From: Acholeplasmataceae bacterium | GTDB taxonomy: Bacteria > Bacillota_I > Bacilli_A > Acholeplasmatales > Acholeplasmataceae | Direction of reading: 5' to 3' | DNA length: 64,000 nt | NCBI GenBank assembly: GCA_963676765.1 | Contig: OY781159.1 | Location: 848,021-912,020, forward strand | Shown here: positions 50,183-60,000 of the stretch, piece after piece | Position numbering within the stretch: the stretch's first letter is position 1 | How the letters are laid out: every line of letters starts with the position of its first letter | Translations under genes and position numbers: made by a program | Notes under the pieces: generated by a model | Seen by the model: the letters and a program-made list of their open reading frames with translations, nothing else | Told to the model about the DNA's origin: nothing | Database searches by the model: none

Positions 50183-50914
50183 TTAATTAATGAAACTGAC
50201 AATCGCAGTAACAATCAAATCTTGTTGAGCTTTTGTTGTGATGGATGGTTCACCATCTCCACTTTGCTTCCCATACCATCCAAACTGTGCATGTGTACCA
50301 CCTTCGACAATAAAGAATGTCGCATCTTCGCCTAAATAATCAAGACTGTTTTGATAATTTTCTTGATCTAAAACTAAGTCGTTTTCTGCTGTAAGAGATA
50401 GTACATCTTTTTGACTAATATCCGTAGTTGCATAACTTGCGAGTAACACAACTGCAGATATTTTTTCCTCTTTAGCAGCAACCATTGCTCCTACAACACC
50501 ACCAAGCGAATGACCAATAATGATATTGTCAAGCGCTGGATTGATATATCTAGCAGGCTGATTAGGTGCAATAATGGCGAGGTTAAACATTGGTTTTATA
50601 ATGGTAACATTATATTGGTTTGAGGCTAAACTTATTGCTAGATAACGATAACTTGCTGGATCAACTAATCCACCAGGAACGATGATTATTTGTTTTAAAG
50701 GACTATCAACGGTATAAGTGATTGCTCCTATGGTCTCATCTGTAGTGATATCTGATGTATCTAATAAGGCAATTGTATCATACATATCTTCTGAAGCTTC
50801 ATATGAAAAACTTGCATAAATGGAAAGGCCAATCACCATGAATATAAACATAATAGTGAAAGCAATCATGACTTTAATCAATATGCGTAATGGTTTATTT
50901 TTTATCTTTGACAT
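50183..50914 (-). CDS. Alpha/beta hydrolase (Abhydrolase_5-like), N-terminal TM
   Basis: GHSLGG nucleophile elbow; EGGTHAQFG. Confidence 0.85.
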   Translation of the reverse strand: MSKIKNKPLRILIKVMIAFTIMFIFMVIGLSIYASFSYEASEDMYDTIALLDTSDITTDETIGAITYTVDSPLKQIIIVPGGLVDPASYRYLAISLASNQYNVTIIKPMFNLAIIAPNQPARYINPALDNIIIGHSLGGVVGAMVAAKEEKISAVVLLASYATTDISQKDVLSLTAENDLVLDQENYQNSLDYLGEDATFFIVEGGTHAQFGWYGKQSGDGEPSITTKAQQDLIVTAIVSFIN

Positions 50915-51414
50915 AGATGCCTCCTTCGTGTTAACTAAGTCTATTTTAACTGATAATCGATAAATTAGACAATCAAAAGGTAAATAATCATCATCATTTC
51001 GTAATGGTATACTACAGGTATTATTGCGTTATTTACATGGTTACGATTGCGTTATTTATGATTAAATTGATGAAACTATATATTTCCCTTTCTTTGATCT
51101 AGAATTTATGTTCTTACTAATTGCAGTTTTCTACGTATCTGCCTTTGTAGACATCAACATGAATATAACACCTGAAAAGTTAGAAGAACTGAATATAGAG
51201 TTATCGATTATATGACACAGTTGTATGAACCACTAATTTCTAGATATAAAGATGTATTAGTCTATACAAAAGACAACATGGAAGACAAACAACATGGGTT
51301 AACTGCATGTGTGATTAGTGGTAAATTATTAGAGAATCCGTTACTTAGGACAAATTATACGGATTTCAAATATTATGTATACAAAACAAAAAAAGACAAA
51401 CAAGTTGTCTTTTT

Positions 51415-53520
51415 TTAATCCATATGATCAAATGATGATTTTAACATGTCATAAGCAGGCTTTAAACGTTCGCGGTAGGATACTGTATGCCAAATGTCCC
51501 AATCATATGTAGCAGGTGTTAAACTGATATCATCATATATAAAACTAAATGTGAAGCCTGTAGCATCAATTGGCACAAATGTTTGATCATGATTGATACT
51601 AAAATCAGCGATGATTTGTTTTGTGCTTGGATCCATAACATTTAAAAGTAGCCAAGGAATTCTTATTTCAACAAAATTTGTTCCAAAGTAATAATCAGCC
51701 AATGAGTTATATGCACTAGCTTCTGGGTTGGAATTACCATAAGTTAATTGTCCTGCTTCATAAGATGAAAAAGGAATTGTTTCATTTGTCATTGGTAACG
51801 CTAGTTCGGCTGATAAAACATGGTTGATTGGATTAAATATACCTGAATTAATCGTCCTGGTTGGACTGTTTGATGTTATCATATTCAAGATATCACGATA
51901 TAAATAGTCATTGGCATCATAATAGTTGTCTACGACTATTCTTGAGTTGTTTTCACCATTGATTTTGATCACAAAATCAGCATAAAAAGGAAGCGATACA
52001 GATTCATGTTGCCAACTGTCATTTCCTTGATTAGGTATTGTATCCATCGGGATATAGATGGTGTCGTTTTGCCAATTAATTTGTTGATCCTCTATCAGTA
52101 TATGAAGATATCTTTCATCAGTGTCTATGTATATGGATGTAGTATTTGCACGAATTAAAGGTGTAATGGATGCCCATTCAGACATATCACCATCCGTCTG
52201 GTGGTCATTATCTGGATCCATTGCGAGTAGTCCAAAAGCTTGTTCATTCGTTTCATAGTTAGACCAAAAAGGTCTGCGCCATGAAAGGTCGAAATCCATG
52301 GTATTCCATGTACGCTTAAACCATTCATCCTGCCATGAAAAGATAAGTGCACCCATTGCGTCAGTTTCAGCAATTGTTTCAAATAAATCAACGAGTAGTT
52401 CACCTTGTCTAATTTCTGAATGACCACCTTGATTAAAACCTTGTGGATTCTCATGTGTCATCCCTCGCGAAGAAGGAATACCTACTTCAGCAACCAACAC
52501 AGGCATATCGTGGTGACTAATTAAATCGGTTAAATAGGCTTTATAAGGGTTTTTATCACCTGTATCAGGATCAACCCAGTTTTGATATTCAGGTTCGAAA
52601 TTCATGAACTCAGGGTAGTAAGGATAGATATGGTAACTAGCAAACATACCAGCAAATGCGTTATTGGTCGTTTTGATATGTTCTGTATTTACTGAGACCA
52701 TATCTTCACGTTCATCTGGTTCATTAGGATGTGTTAATAGATCAGTTGTTAACCAATTTGTATAGCTTATCGGTCTTGTCATTTGGTAAGTCTTTGCTTC
52801 ATAAGCTAATAATGCATCGCCTACTTCAGCTAAGCAAACTTCAAAAGGAGAAGCGTTTCTTGTATATAGATAGTCACCCTTATAGCTAGTTTTATCAGGG
52901 TTAGCATCATTGGTGCCAACAACAAAGTCAGGTGCCCATTCGATGCCTAGGATCCAACCCAAGATATAGGGACTTACATCATATGAATATGTTCCTGATG
53001 CATGACCAGGTCTCTCTGCTAATGTTTTATTGCCGTGGAAGATATCGACAAGATCTTTCGCATCTGTAATAAAATTAGTAATGATTAAATTGTCTGATGC
53101 ATAAGCATCATTTAGATTAGCAATATCTTCTTCATTAACCCAGACACCTTGCAAGATATATAATGGAACATCCTTTTCTTGGTTAAATTCATATAATGCC
53201 TCATAAAATACAGGTCGCATGGTTGTATATATTCTGATCGTATTAGCATTCATATCATAGATTTGCTCAAACCATTTCAAATATGCTTCTTTATCTATTG
53301 CTAATGCACCTGGAAAAGAACCGGGGATGGTCGCTCCCATATTAACACCTTTTAAAAATGTTTCTTGCGCAGTGCCATTAACTTCAGTATAAAAGGAACC
53401 GTTGTGACTTAAAGCAATTGTCGTTATATCATCTTTCTTAAAAACAAGTTGATTTTGACAACCAACAAGGGTTGTTAGAAACATGATTAATATGAGTGCG
53501 ATTGTGACATGTTTTTTCAT
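51415..53520 (-). CDS. Lipoprotein with GH-A clan (GH2-like) TIM barrel
   Basis: Lipobox LVGC; ANTIRIYT, LGIEW, YHIYPYYP, VLVAEVG, FSWQDEWFK. Confidence 0.7.
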   Translation of the reverse strand: MKKHVTIALILIMFLTTLVGCQNQLVFKKDDITTIALSHNGSFYTEVNGTAQETFLKGVNMGATIPGSFPGALAIDKEAYLKWFEQIYDMNANTIRIYTTMRPVFYEALYEFNQEKDVPLYILQGVWVNEEDIANLNDAYASDNLIITNFITDAKDLVDIFHGNKTLAERPGHASGTYSYDVSPYILGWILGIEWAPDFVVGTNDANPDKTSYKGDYLYTRNASPFEVCLAEVGDALLAYEAKTYQMTRPISYTNWLTTDLLTHPNEPDEREDMVSVNTEHIKTTNNAFAGMFASYHIYPYYPEFMNFEPEYQNWVDPDTGDKNPYKAYLTDLISHHDMPVLVAEVGIPSSRGMTHENPQGFNQGGHSEIRQGELLVDLFETIAETDAMGALIFSWQDEWFKRTWNTMDFDLSWRRPFWSNYETNEQAFGLLAMDPDNDHQTDGDMSEWASITPLIRANTTSIYIDTDERYLHILIEDQQINWQNDTIYIPMDTIPNQGNDSWQHESVSLPFYADFVIKINGENNSRIVVDNYYDANDYLYRDILNMITSNSPTRTINSGIFNPINHVLSAELALPMTNETIPFSSYEAGQLTYGNSNPEASAYNSLADYYFGTNFVEIRIPWLLLNVMDPSTKQIIADFSINHDQTFVPIDATGFTFSFIYDDISLTPATYDWDIWHTVSYRERLKPAYDMLKSSFDHMD

Positions 53521-53588
53521 AAATACTCCTAAACATTAAAGTCTATCTTTATTGTATCAAATATAGAGGAAGCTTATAGCCAAAACGT

Positions 53589-53611
53589 AAAAAAAACATC
53601 CCACAGGGATG
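53589..53611 (-). terminator. Intrinsic terminator (minus strand)
   Basis: A8-CATCCC-aca-GGGATG on the + strand. Confidence 0.7.
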
Positions 53612-54073
53612 CTATTTCTTAATTGACATGATATAGACTTGACATGGATTCCATTTGTCCCATAATTCAGGAAACACTTCAAATGGCTTGTAACCAAGTG
53701 ATTCATAAAAAGCATTTGTTTTGTCATATGAGTCATAGTTACCTTGTTCAACTGTTTTGACTTGTAAGAAGTGATAACCTTTAGATATAGCATATGTAAT
53801 GAAGAAATCATGAAGTTTTCGACCATACCCTTGATGATGATACGCTTTTAAAATACCCATGCAATATATTTCTGCTGTATAAGGACTTGTTTCTTTAACA
53901 GAAATAAAGCCAATTGGGTCTTCATTTTTATATATAGCAATAAATGGTAAATGCATACTTTCTTGAATATAATTATTCGTATATTCAGGTATGCCAAACC
54001 ATGTTGGTAAATCATGTAAGACCTTTGTAGCAATCTCTTTTTTTAGGTTAGGATCTGCAATTAAATTTATCAT
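53612..54073 (-). CDS. GNAT family acetyltransferase
   Basis: MGILKAYHHQGYGRKL, FYESLGY. Confidence 0.85.
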   Translation of the reverse strand: MINLIADPNLKKEIATKVLHDLPTWFGIPEYTNNYIQESMHLPFIAIYKNEDPIGFISVKETSPYTAEIYCMGILKAYHHQGYGRKLHDFFITYAISKGYHFLQVKTVEQGNYDSYDKTNAFYESLGYKPFEVFPELWDKWNPCQVYIMSIKK

Positions 54074-54171
54074 ATAACCTCACAATACTAATTGTAGTTT
54101 TTGCATATCATTTATCTTACTTTATAGCTTTGTATCAAAAGTTTTCAAAGGTGAAATAATTTGGGTGTTAA

Positions 54172-54723
54172 TTATAAATTGAATGTTTTGATGATTAGTC
54201 TTGCTGCATCTTCAGCACTTAAATCACTGTTATTAATTCTTAAGAAATTTTTATGTTTGATTTCTCCGGGTTTAGAAATGCAACGATAACGATCAAAATC
54301 ATTTAGTAAACGCAATTCAGATAATTCAGTATCACGTTTTGATGCTTTGTGTTTTAAACGATTATCCGTTTTATTTCTTTCTAATCGAATATCAAGTGTC
54401 GAATCAAGTTCAACGATATAAGTTTCAATATGATGAGATTCAAAATAAGAAATCAGGTTATCTAGATAATCTAAATCAGTCTGTAAGTTAAATGCCAACT
54501 GCAAGGTGAAAATCAACCCAGGAAGATCTGTTTCTATAAACGTATCAAAAATGGCTTGTCTTAGCGCTTCAATAGCAGGCACATGAAAAGTCTTAAACAC
54601 GTCTAAAACGAGTTCAATCGTCATATGATTATGAAATAACGAATAGCCTCTAAGTTTTTCTAATGCTTGACCAACTGTCATTTTACCAACAGCACTATCC
54701 CCAAGTATACAAATAAATTTCAT
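54172..54723 (-). CDS. P-loop kinase (shikimate-kinase-like)
   Basis: ILGDSAVGKMTVG, LFHNH, RLERNKTDNRL. Confidence 0.75.
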   Translation of the reverse strand: MKFICILGDSAVGKMTVGQALEKLRGYSLFHNHMTIELVLDVFKTFHVPAIEALRQAIFDTFIETDLPGLIFTLQLAFNLQTDLDYLDNLISYFESHHIETYIVELDSTLDIRLERNKTDNRLKHKASKRDTELSELRLLNDFDRYRCISKPGEIKHKNFLRINNSDLSAEDAARLIIKTFNL

Positions 54724-54973
54724 TTCAATGTCACCTACTTATTATTCATAGTATAACACAATCACATGAGTGAAAATTATTCTATTGATGGATTGCATTT
54801 TCAAAAATACACTTTATTGTCACTTATGTTGTTTATAACTGTAGGTATTCAGCTCGTTTATGGATGATATTACTTACTACCTATGGTTTAAGAAACAAGA
54901 AGAAGGATGACGCAATAAAAAGTAGAAATGACCTTTCAAAGATGATATCATACTTCTCTCCCCCATAACACAT

Positions 54974-55339
54974 TTAGTTATCAACATATTTAATCTTTCT
55001 CATAACGAGTATTACATTAAATAGTGTTGTAAATATATATATTAGTAAATATATCAATGGAATTATAATTTCATCGACATTCTCAAATCCTTGGAAAGTC
55101 AACCATAATGTTGATAGCGAAGTAAACAATTCAATGACTCCAAATAAAACGAATAGTTTACCAAATTCAACATTTGCAATTTTCCATATCTTTTCACTCG
55201 ACAATGATTTTTCAGTTCTAAACCCAAATATTCCATTTCTTTTTGGTGTGAATTTAAAAAATATAATACCCAAAACAATCTTTACAACCAACATAGTTTC
55301 TAAAAAAATCCAAATACCGATTATTGTCCAATATAACAT
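54974..55339 (-). CDS. SdpI-family membrane immunity protein
   Basis: FGFRTEKSLSSEKIWKIAN motif; three TM segments; RBS GGAGGGG. Confidence 0.75.
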   Translation of the reverse strand: MLYWTIIGIWIFLETMLVVKIVLGIIFFKFTPKRNGIFGFRTEKSLSSEKIWKIANVEFGKLFVLFGVIELFTSLSTLWLTFQGFENVDEIIIPLIYLLIYIFTTLFNVILVMRKIKYVDN

Positions 55340-55753
55340 CAAACCCCTCCATTAGTACTGCAATCTCCACGTTTACCATACTAAACTCTTAACTATCTAT
55401 TTGTACCCCATTGTTGCTCTAATTATCTTAAGTATAGCACGAGATAATACGTTTTAAAATGCAAAAGGGAATATTCAGCTCAATTGCTTGATATTTTTTT
55501 AGTAACATGTGATATCTTCATGGAATTTAACACCCATCAACTACATAGTGTTTGACAATTCATGAAAAGCTAGATCTTTCAAGTACTATTTCAACAAAAT
55601 ATCGATAAACTGATTGAACTGTTCTTACTTCTAATTAATTTCCATTTTTCGCGGATTATTAATACAAGTAAATAAAAAAGTTTATTTCAATAAATCCCTA
55701 AATAAAGGCGTTAAACCGATATTTTTTGGTATGAAATAAACTCTAATTGTTGA

Positions 55754-56401
55754 AATGGTGGAGATGAGGGGGCATGCGCTTAATTAAGCACAAAGTTGTC
55801 TTATATGTTTTTATCAAAAAAGGATAATTTTTCAAGTAATATTATTGCATCATTTTGTGCGCCTTTAAAAGTAACTATTGACTTACCCATTTTAGTATCT
55901 AAATAGAAGTAGAAGTTACATTTGAAATTACTTACAAATAGAGACAGTTCCTTACTTTGCTTAATAGAAAGCTTCATCAATTGTTTAATGATAATAATTT
56001 CTTCATCATGGTTAGACAATCCATTTAAGTAATCAAATATTTCATTTATTTTAACATGATTCTGGCTTTGTTGAATGGTTTTATTACTAAAGTATTTTTG
56101 TAGATCATCTTCAGAAAATCTCCATGTACCACCTATTTTTTCTCCATTCAGCAAACCTAATTTATATGACGCCTAATTGTTCTTTCTGGAATATTTATCA
56201 TTTCCATAATATCTTTTAATTTGTACATTTTTTCATCACCTCAAGTAAATTATATATTGATTAATATTTTTTAACAATGACATAATTGCATGAAATGGCA
56301 TGTTTAAGTGTAATAAAAAATATCCATTTATTTGGATATTTTATTCTATCGTTACTTCCTGAGAAATAATGAAAGTTGTTCTTAATGGTGGAGATGAGGG
56401 G
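55754..56401. mobile_element. 630-bp remnant integrated at the tmRNA 3' end, bounded by 18-bp direct repeats
   Basis: AATGGTGGAGATGAGGGG at 55754-55771 and 56384-56401 (the latter is the tmRNA 3' end); no integrase inside. Confidence 0.7.
55801..56228 (-). pseudogene. Frameshifted excisionase/MerR-like HTH gene
   Basis: RBS GAGGTG, then MYKLKDIMEMINIPERTIRRHI; one extra A near 56161-56163 would join it to LGLLNGEKIGGTWRFSEDDL. Confidence 0.7.
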
Positions 56402-56729
56402 ATTTGAACCCCTGTGCAAGACATTGCCTCAAATACTTTCTACATGTTTAGTCCGCTTCTATATTCACCTAGCAACTTAAACGAACAAAGCTTTACTAGA
56501 CTAGCCTATAAAATTCTTCAATATGCCTAGGCTTCATACTGATATAGTTTGCTAAGAGTTAGGCTAACATAGTATCACAAACAAATACTAAATCAGCTCG
56601 CTAGTCCTTTTCTTAGGCAGCGTAAGATAATCTTTGGTTTCCGGTTATTAAAAACCTCGGCTTTTTTACATGAGCAACCATGACATGCTTATATTTAATT
56701 TTATGCCGTGACGAATCCAGAACATCCCC
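56386..56729 (-). ncRNA. ssrA: tmRNA; tag (A)GNQRLSYAA encoded at 56642-56613
   Basis: 5' GGGGATG...GGATTCG; 3' AGGGGTTCAAATCCCCT-CATCTCC-ACCA; resume context ATAACC-GGA; promoter TTTACA-17-TATGAT at 56767-56739. Confidence 0.92.
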
Positions 56730-56860
56730 AGCGAACATATCATACACCAAAATAATTGAAATGTAAAGGTATGTTGTTTATTATGTTAGACATTATTTTA
56801 TAGAATTAATAAATTACAGTAAAAATTAACATTTTATTGTTAAGATGTTAAAATATCGGT

Positions 56861-56989
56861 CATATATGCCCTACTAAAATGAATGAAAAAAGACTAATAT
56901 TTAAGCATGGGGGGATGTCGGGGGGCATTATGTATCCGCTCATCCCCGAATAAGTGGATACTAGAGACGTTGGAAACAGCGTCTCTTTT
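56861..56989 (+). ncRNA. Candidate small structured RNA (pseudoknot plus terminator), unassigned
   Basis: TGn-TAAAAT at 56846-56854; GGGGATG/CATCCCC and GTATCCGCT/AGTGGATAC stems; 10-bp GAAA-loop hairpin plus Ts. Confidence 0.4.
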
Positions 56990-57052
56990 GTTAGAACATT
57001 ACTTTCATTATACATTCAAAATGGTATAATAAACACTAGAATAGGAGTGAGT

Positions 57053-57709
57053 ATGATGCTTAAAACAATTATTTTTGACATGGATGGAACAATACTCAAT
57101 ACAATTGATGATATTACAACGAGTGTTAATTATGCACTTAATAAATATAATTTAGAAAGTAAAACAATAAAAGACGTTAAATTAGCTGTAGGTAACGGTG
57201 CGAAAGCACTGATAGCTAGAGTCATTGATAATGGCTATGATCATCCATTGTTTGATGAGATATATCAAACTTATCAGGAATATTATGATGCACATCGTAT
57301 GGTGAAAACTGCACCTTATCCCGATATATTGGCTGTTCTTCGCCAATTAAAGTATGATGGATATAAGTTAGCTGTTGTTTCTAATAAACATGATTACTTA
57401 GTAAAATCACTGAATAAACAATTATTTGAAGGGTTATTTGAGGTTGCTGTTGGTGAGACAAAAGAAAGACCGTTAAAACCAGCCCCAGATGTTATTTTTG
57501 ATGTAATTAAGATGCTGAACACAACGCTTGATGAGGCAATTTTTATTGGTGACTCAAATGTGGATATCATTACCGCGAAAAACGCTAAAATGAGATCAAT
57601 TGGAGTGACATGGGGGTTTAGAGGCTATAAAGAACTTAAGCAAGAGGGTGCAGACTACATTATTGAACAACCAAGAGCGTTGTTTGATGTCATAAAGGAG
57701 ATTCAATAA
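57053..57709 (+). CDS. HAD-family hydrolase (phosphoglycolate phosphatase-like)
   Basis: FDMDGT, VVSNK, KPAPD, IGDSNVD; RBS AGGAG. Confidence 0.9.
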   Translation: MMLKTIIFDMDGTILNTIDDITTSVNYALNKYNLESKTIKDVKLAVGNGAKALIARVIDNGYDHPLFDEIYQTYQEYYDAHRMVKTAPYPDILAVLRQLKYDGYKLAVVSNKHDYLVKSLNKQLFEGLFEVAVGETKERPLKPAPDVIFDVIKMLNTTLDEAIFIGDSNVDIITAKNAKMRSIGVTWGFRGYKELKQEGADYIIEQPRALFDVIKEIQ

Positions 57710-57710
57710 T

Positions 57711-59999
57711 ATGTCATTAATAAGATTAGAAGACGTATCAAAGTACTATAAATCTGCTGATACTGTTTCGGTAGGGATGAAACAGGTGAATCTAAGCTTT
57801 GATATTGGAGAATTTGTGGCGATTACTGGTGAATCGGGTGCTGGGAAATCGACACTTTTAAATGTGTTATCGGGACTTGATAAATATGAGGAAGGCGAGT
57901 ATTACCTATTAGGTGAAGAGACCTCCCATTATACAATTCGCGACTGGGAGCGATTTAGAGGGGCGTATATTGGTTTTGTTTTCCAAGATTATAACATTAT
58001 TGATAGTTATACTGTGTTACAAAACGTATTATTAGCTTTAGAAGTCCAAGGATACGATCCTAAAAAGCGTAAAGCTAGAGCTTTAGCATTAATTGATCGA
58101 GTTGGTTTAACATCACATAAAAACCATAAAGCATCAAAACTTTCTGGAGGTCAAAAGCAACGTTGTGTTATCGCAAGAGCACTTGCCAAAGACTGTCCAA
58201 TTATTGTTGCTGATGAACCGACGGGTAACTTGGATTCTGAATCAGGTAAACAAGTAATCGACTTATTAAATGAAGTAGCAAAAGAAAAATTAGTAATCAT
58301 CGTTACTCATGATTATGAACATGTGGAAGAACATGTGACTAGAAAAATCGTGATGCACGATGGTGAAGTCATTGAAGATAAGAAATTTAAGAAAACAGCA
58401 TCACTAGAAACAACCGAAATTCCACAAATCAAAAACATGAGTTTTGGTTTATTAATGCGATTCGCATTTAGAAATTTATTTTCTACTCCTCGAAAGTTAA
58501 TTTTTATGCTTTTGATGCAAATTATTGTCGTTGCAGTCTTTACACTTGTCTATACTAACCAAATAAGTCAAATCAGAGAAACAGGTCTAAATGCTGATTA
58601 TACGGAAGTATTTCCATCTGTACCAGAATCAAGAGTATTAGTTGAAAAACGGGACGGTAGTGCATTTACAGATCAAGAATTAACTAACTTTAAAAACAAT
58701 AGATATACGAATGATGTATATGAAAATGGCTTGAACTTTATCAATGATCAAAGCATATATTATATGAACAACGATTATGGTTATGTTGATTATCGTTCTC
58801 TAGGAGATTCTGACACATCGAAAACATTGATTAATAGTGATGTCGATGGACGGATACCTTCAGCGATCAATGAAATTGTAATTACAAATTATAGCTACAT
58901 GAACCTGCAAATTGGTGATACAATTGAAATTTATAGGGGACCAAGAGAGTACTCTTATGCATTTGATATGGATTTTCCTGTGGGTGTTGGTTTCAATGCT
59001 GCATATAAATCTATAGGTGAATTTGAAATTACAGGATTTGACACATTAGATAGAAATCGTATTTTCTTTTCAGATGCTTTCTTACAACAAGACTATCCAA
59101 CAGTCGTAGATCCTTATTTAGATGATGCTGCATATAATGAGTTGTATGGTATTATCCAAGGTAATTTAAGAACAAGCATTGATGGTACAGAAATTGAGTA
59201 TATTCAGGGTGATAATCTTACATCTTATGATGTGATTATTGAGAATTTTTTGGATGGAGATCAACAAGTAACTTCGACAAGTGACATGACATTCACCGTT
59301 ACATTACAGGGATATGGTACCGGAAGTGTCACATTAGAAGATTTGTCAATCATTAGTTATAGAGATGTGGATGCGAATTCATATCTTCTCATTGATTATG
59401 ATATTATGATTGATATTATAAATGAAATGATGACTCAGTTTGAGGATGTTTATCGAACGGATACACCAAGATCAATTGTCTCCATTAGTGTTGATGGTTA
59501 TCATAATGGCACAAGATTTATTGAAACTATCGATCAAGGGACTTATAAGGTCTATTATCCGTCAAATCTTGCAGATCCACTACGCGATTTCTATGTATTC
59601 TTATATAGTGTGATTGCCATAATATTCTTAACGATATTTGGTATGTTCCTATATACAATTGTTCATGCAGTTACTAAAAATGTAATGGCTGCACGTAAGC
59701 GTGATTTTGCTATCTTTAGATCTGTGGGGACAAGTCAAACGACGCTGGCAAGGTTAGTAGTCATTGAACAAGTTATCATGAATGTTAGTGCGTTTATTAT
59801 CACTGTCATTGGTATTCAAATATTGAGCATGAATGTCTCGATGATCCGTGCAGAATTAACATATATGGAAATTACAGATTATCTGATTTTATTAATTGCT
59901 TTTGCACTCTTTGGCGCATGGTTAGGATTACGCTTCAATCGTAGAGTCTTCAAACAAACAGTCATTGAATCATTGACATCAAGTAAGGGTGGTGAGTAA
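57711..59999 (+). CDS. Fused ABC ATPase / FtsX-like permease (MacB type)
   Basis: GESGAGKST, LSGGQ, VADEPTGNLD; C-terminal TM block. Confidence 0.9.
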   Translation: MSLIRLEDVSKYYKSADTVSVGMKQVNLSFDIGEFVAITGESGAGKSTLLNVLSGLDKYEEGEYYLLGEETSHYTIRDWERFRGAYIGFVFQDYNIIDSYTVLQNVLLALEVQGYDPKKRKARALALIDRVGLTSHKNHKASKLSGGQKQRCVIARALAKDCPIIVADEPTGNLDSESGKQVIDLLNEVAKEKLVIIVTHDYEHVEEHVTRKIVMHDGEVIEDKKFKKTASLETTEIPQIKNMSFGLLMRFAFRNLFSTPRKLIFMLLMQIIVVAVFTLVYTNQISQIRETGLNADYTEVFPSVPESRVLVEKRDGSAFTDQELTNFKNNRYTNDVYENGLNFINDQSIYYMNNDYGYVDYRSLGDSDTSKTLINSDVDGRIPSAINEIVITNYSYMNLQIGDTIEIYRGPREYSYAFDMDFPVGVGFNAAYKSIGEFEITGFDTLDRNRIFFSDAFLQQDYPTVVDPYLDDAAYNELYGIIQGNLRTSIDGTEIEYIQGDNLTSYDVIIENFLDGDQQVTSTSDMTFTVTLQGYGTGSVTLEDLSIISYRDVDANSYLLIDYDIMIDIINEMMTQFEDVYRTDTPRSIVSISVDGYHNGTRFIETIDQGTYKVYYPSNLADPLRDFYVFLYSVIAIIFLTIFGMFLYTIVHAVTKNVMAARKRDFAIFRSVGTSQTTLARLVVIEQVIMNVSAFIITVIGIQILSMNVSMIRAELTYMEITDYLILLIAFALFGAWLGLRFNRRVFKQTVIESLTSSKGGE

Positions 60000-60000
60000 C

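Noticed and set aside
54909-54915. GACGCAA as a fifth GEMM riboswitch
   Set aside because: No upstream GGCAAAC or GNRA-capped P2 and no downstream GGTAGCCAG.
54781-55620. Intact small genes flanking sdpI
   Set aside because: Frames near 54790-54920 (+) and 55500-55640 (-) contain several in-frame stops and match no family I recognise; treated as decayed DNA.
56879-56953. Amino-acid leader-peptide attenuator for the HAD gene
   Set aside because: No SD, no regulatory codon run, and the HAD gene has its own TG-TATAAT downstream of the terminator.
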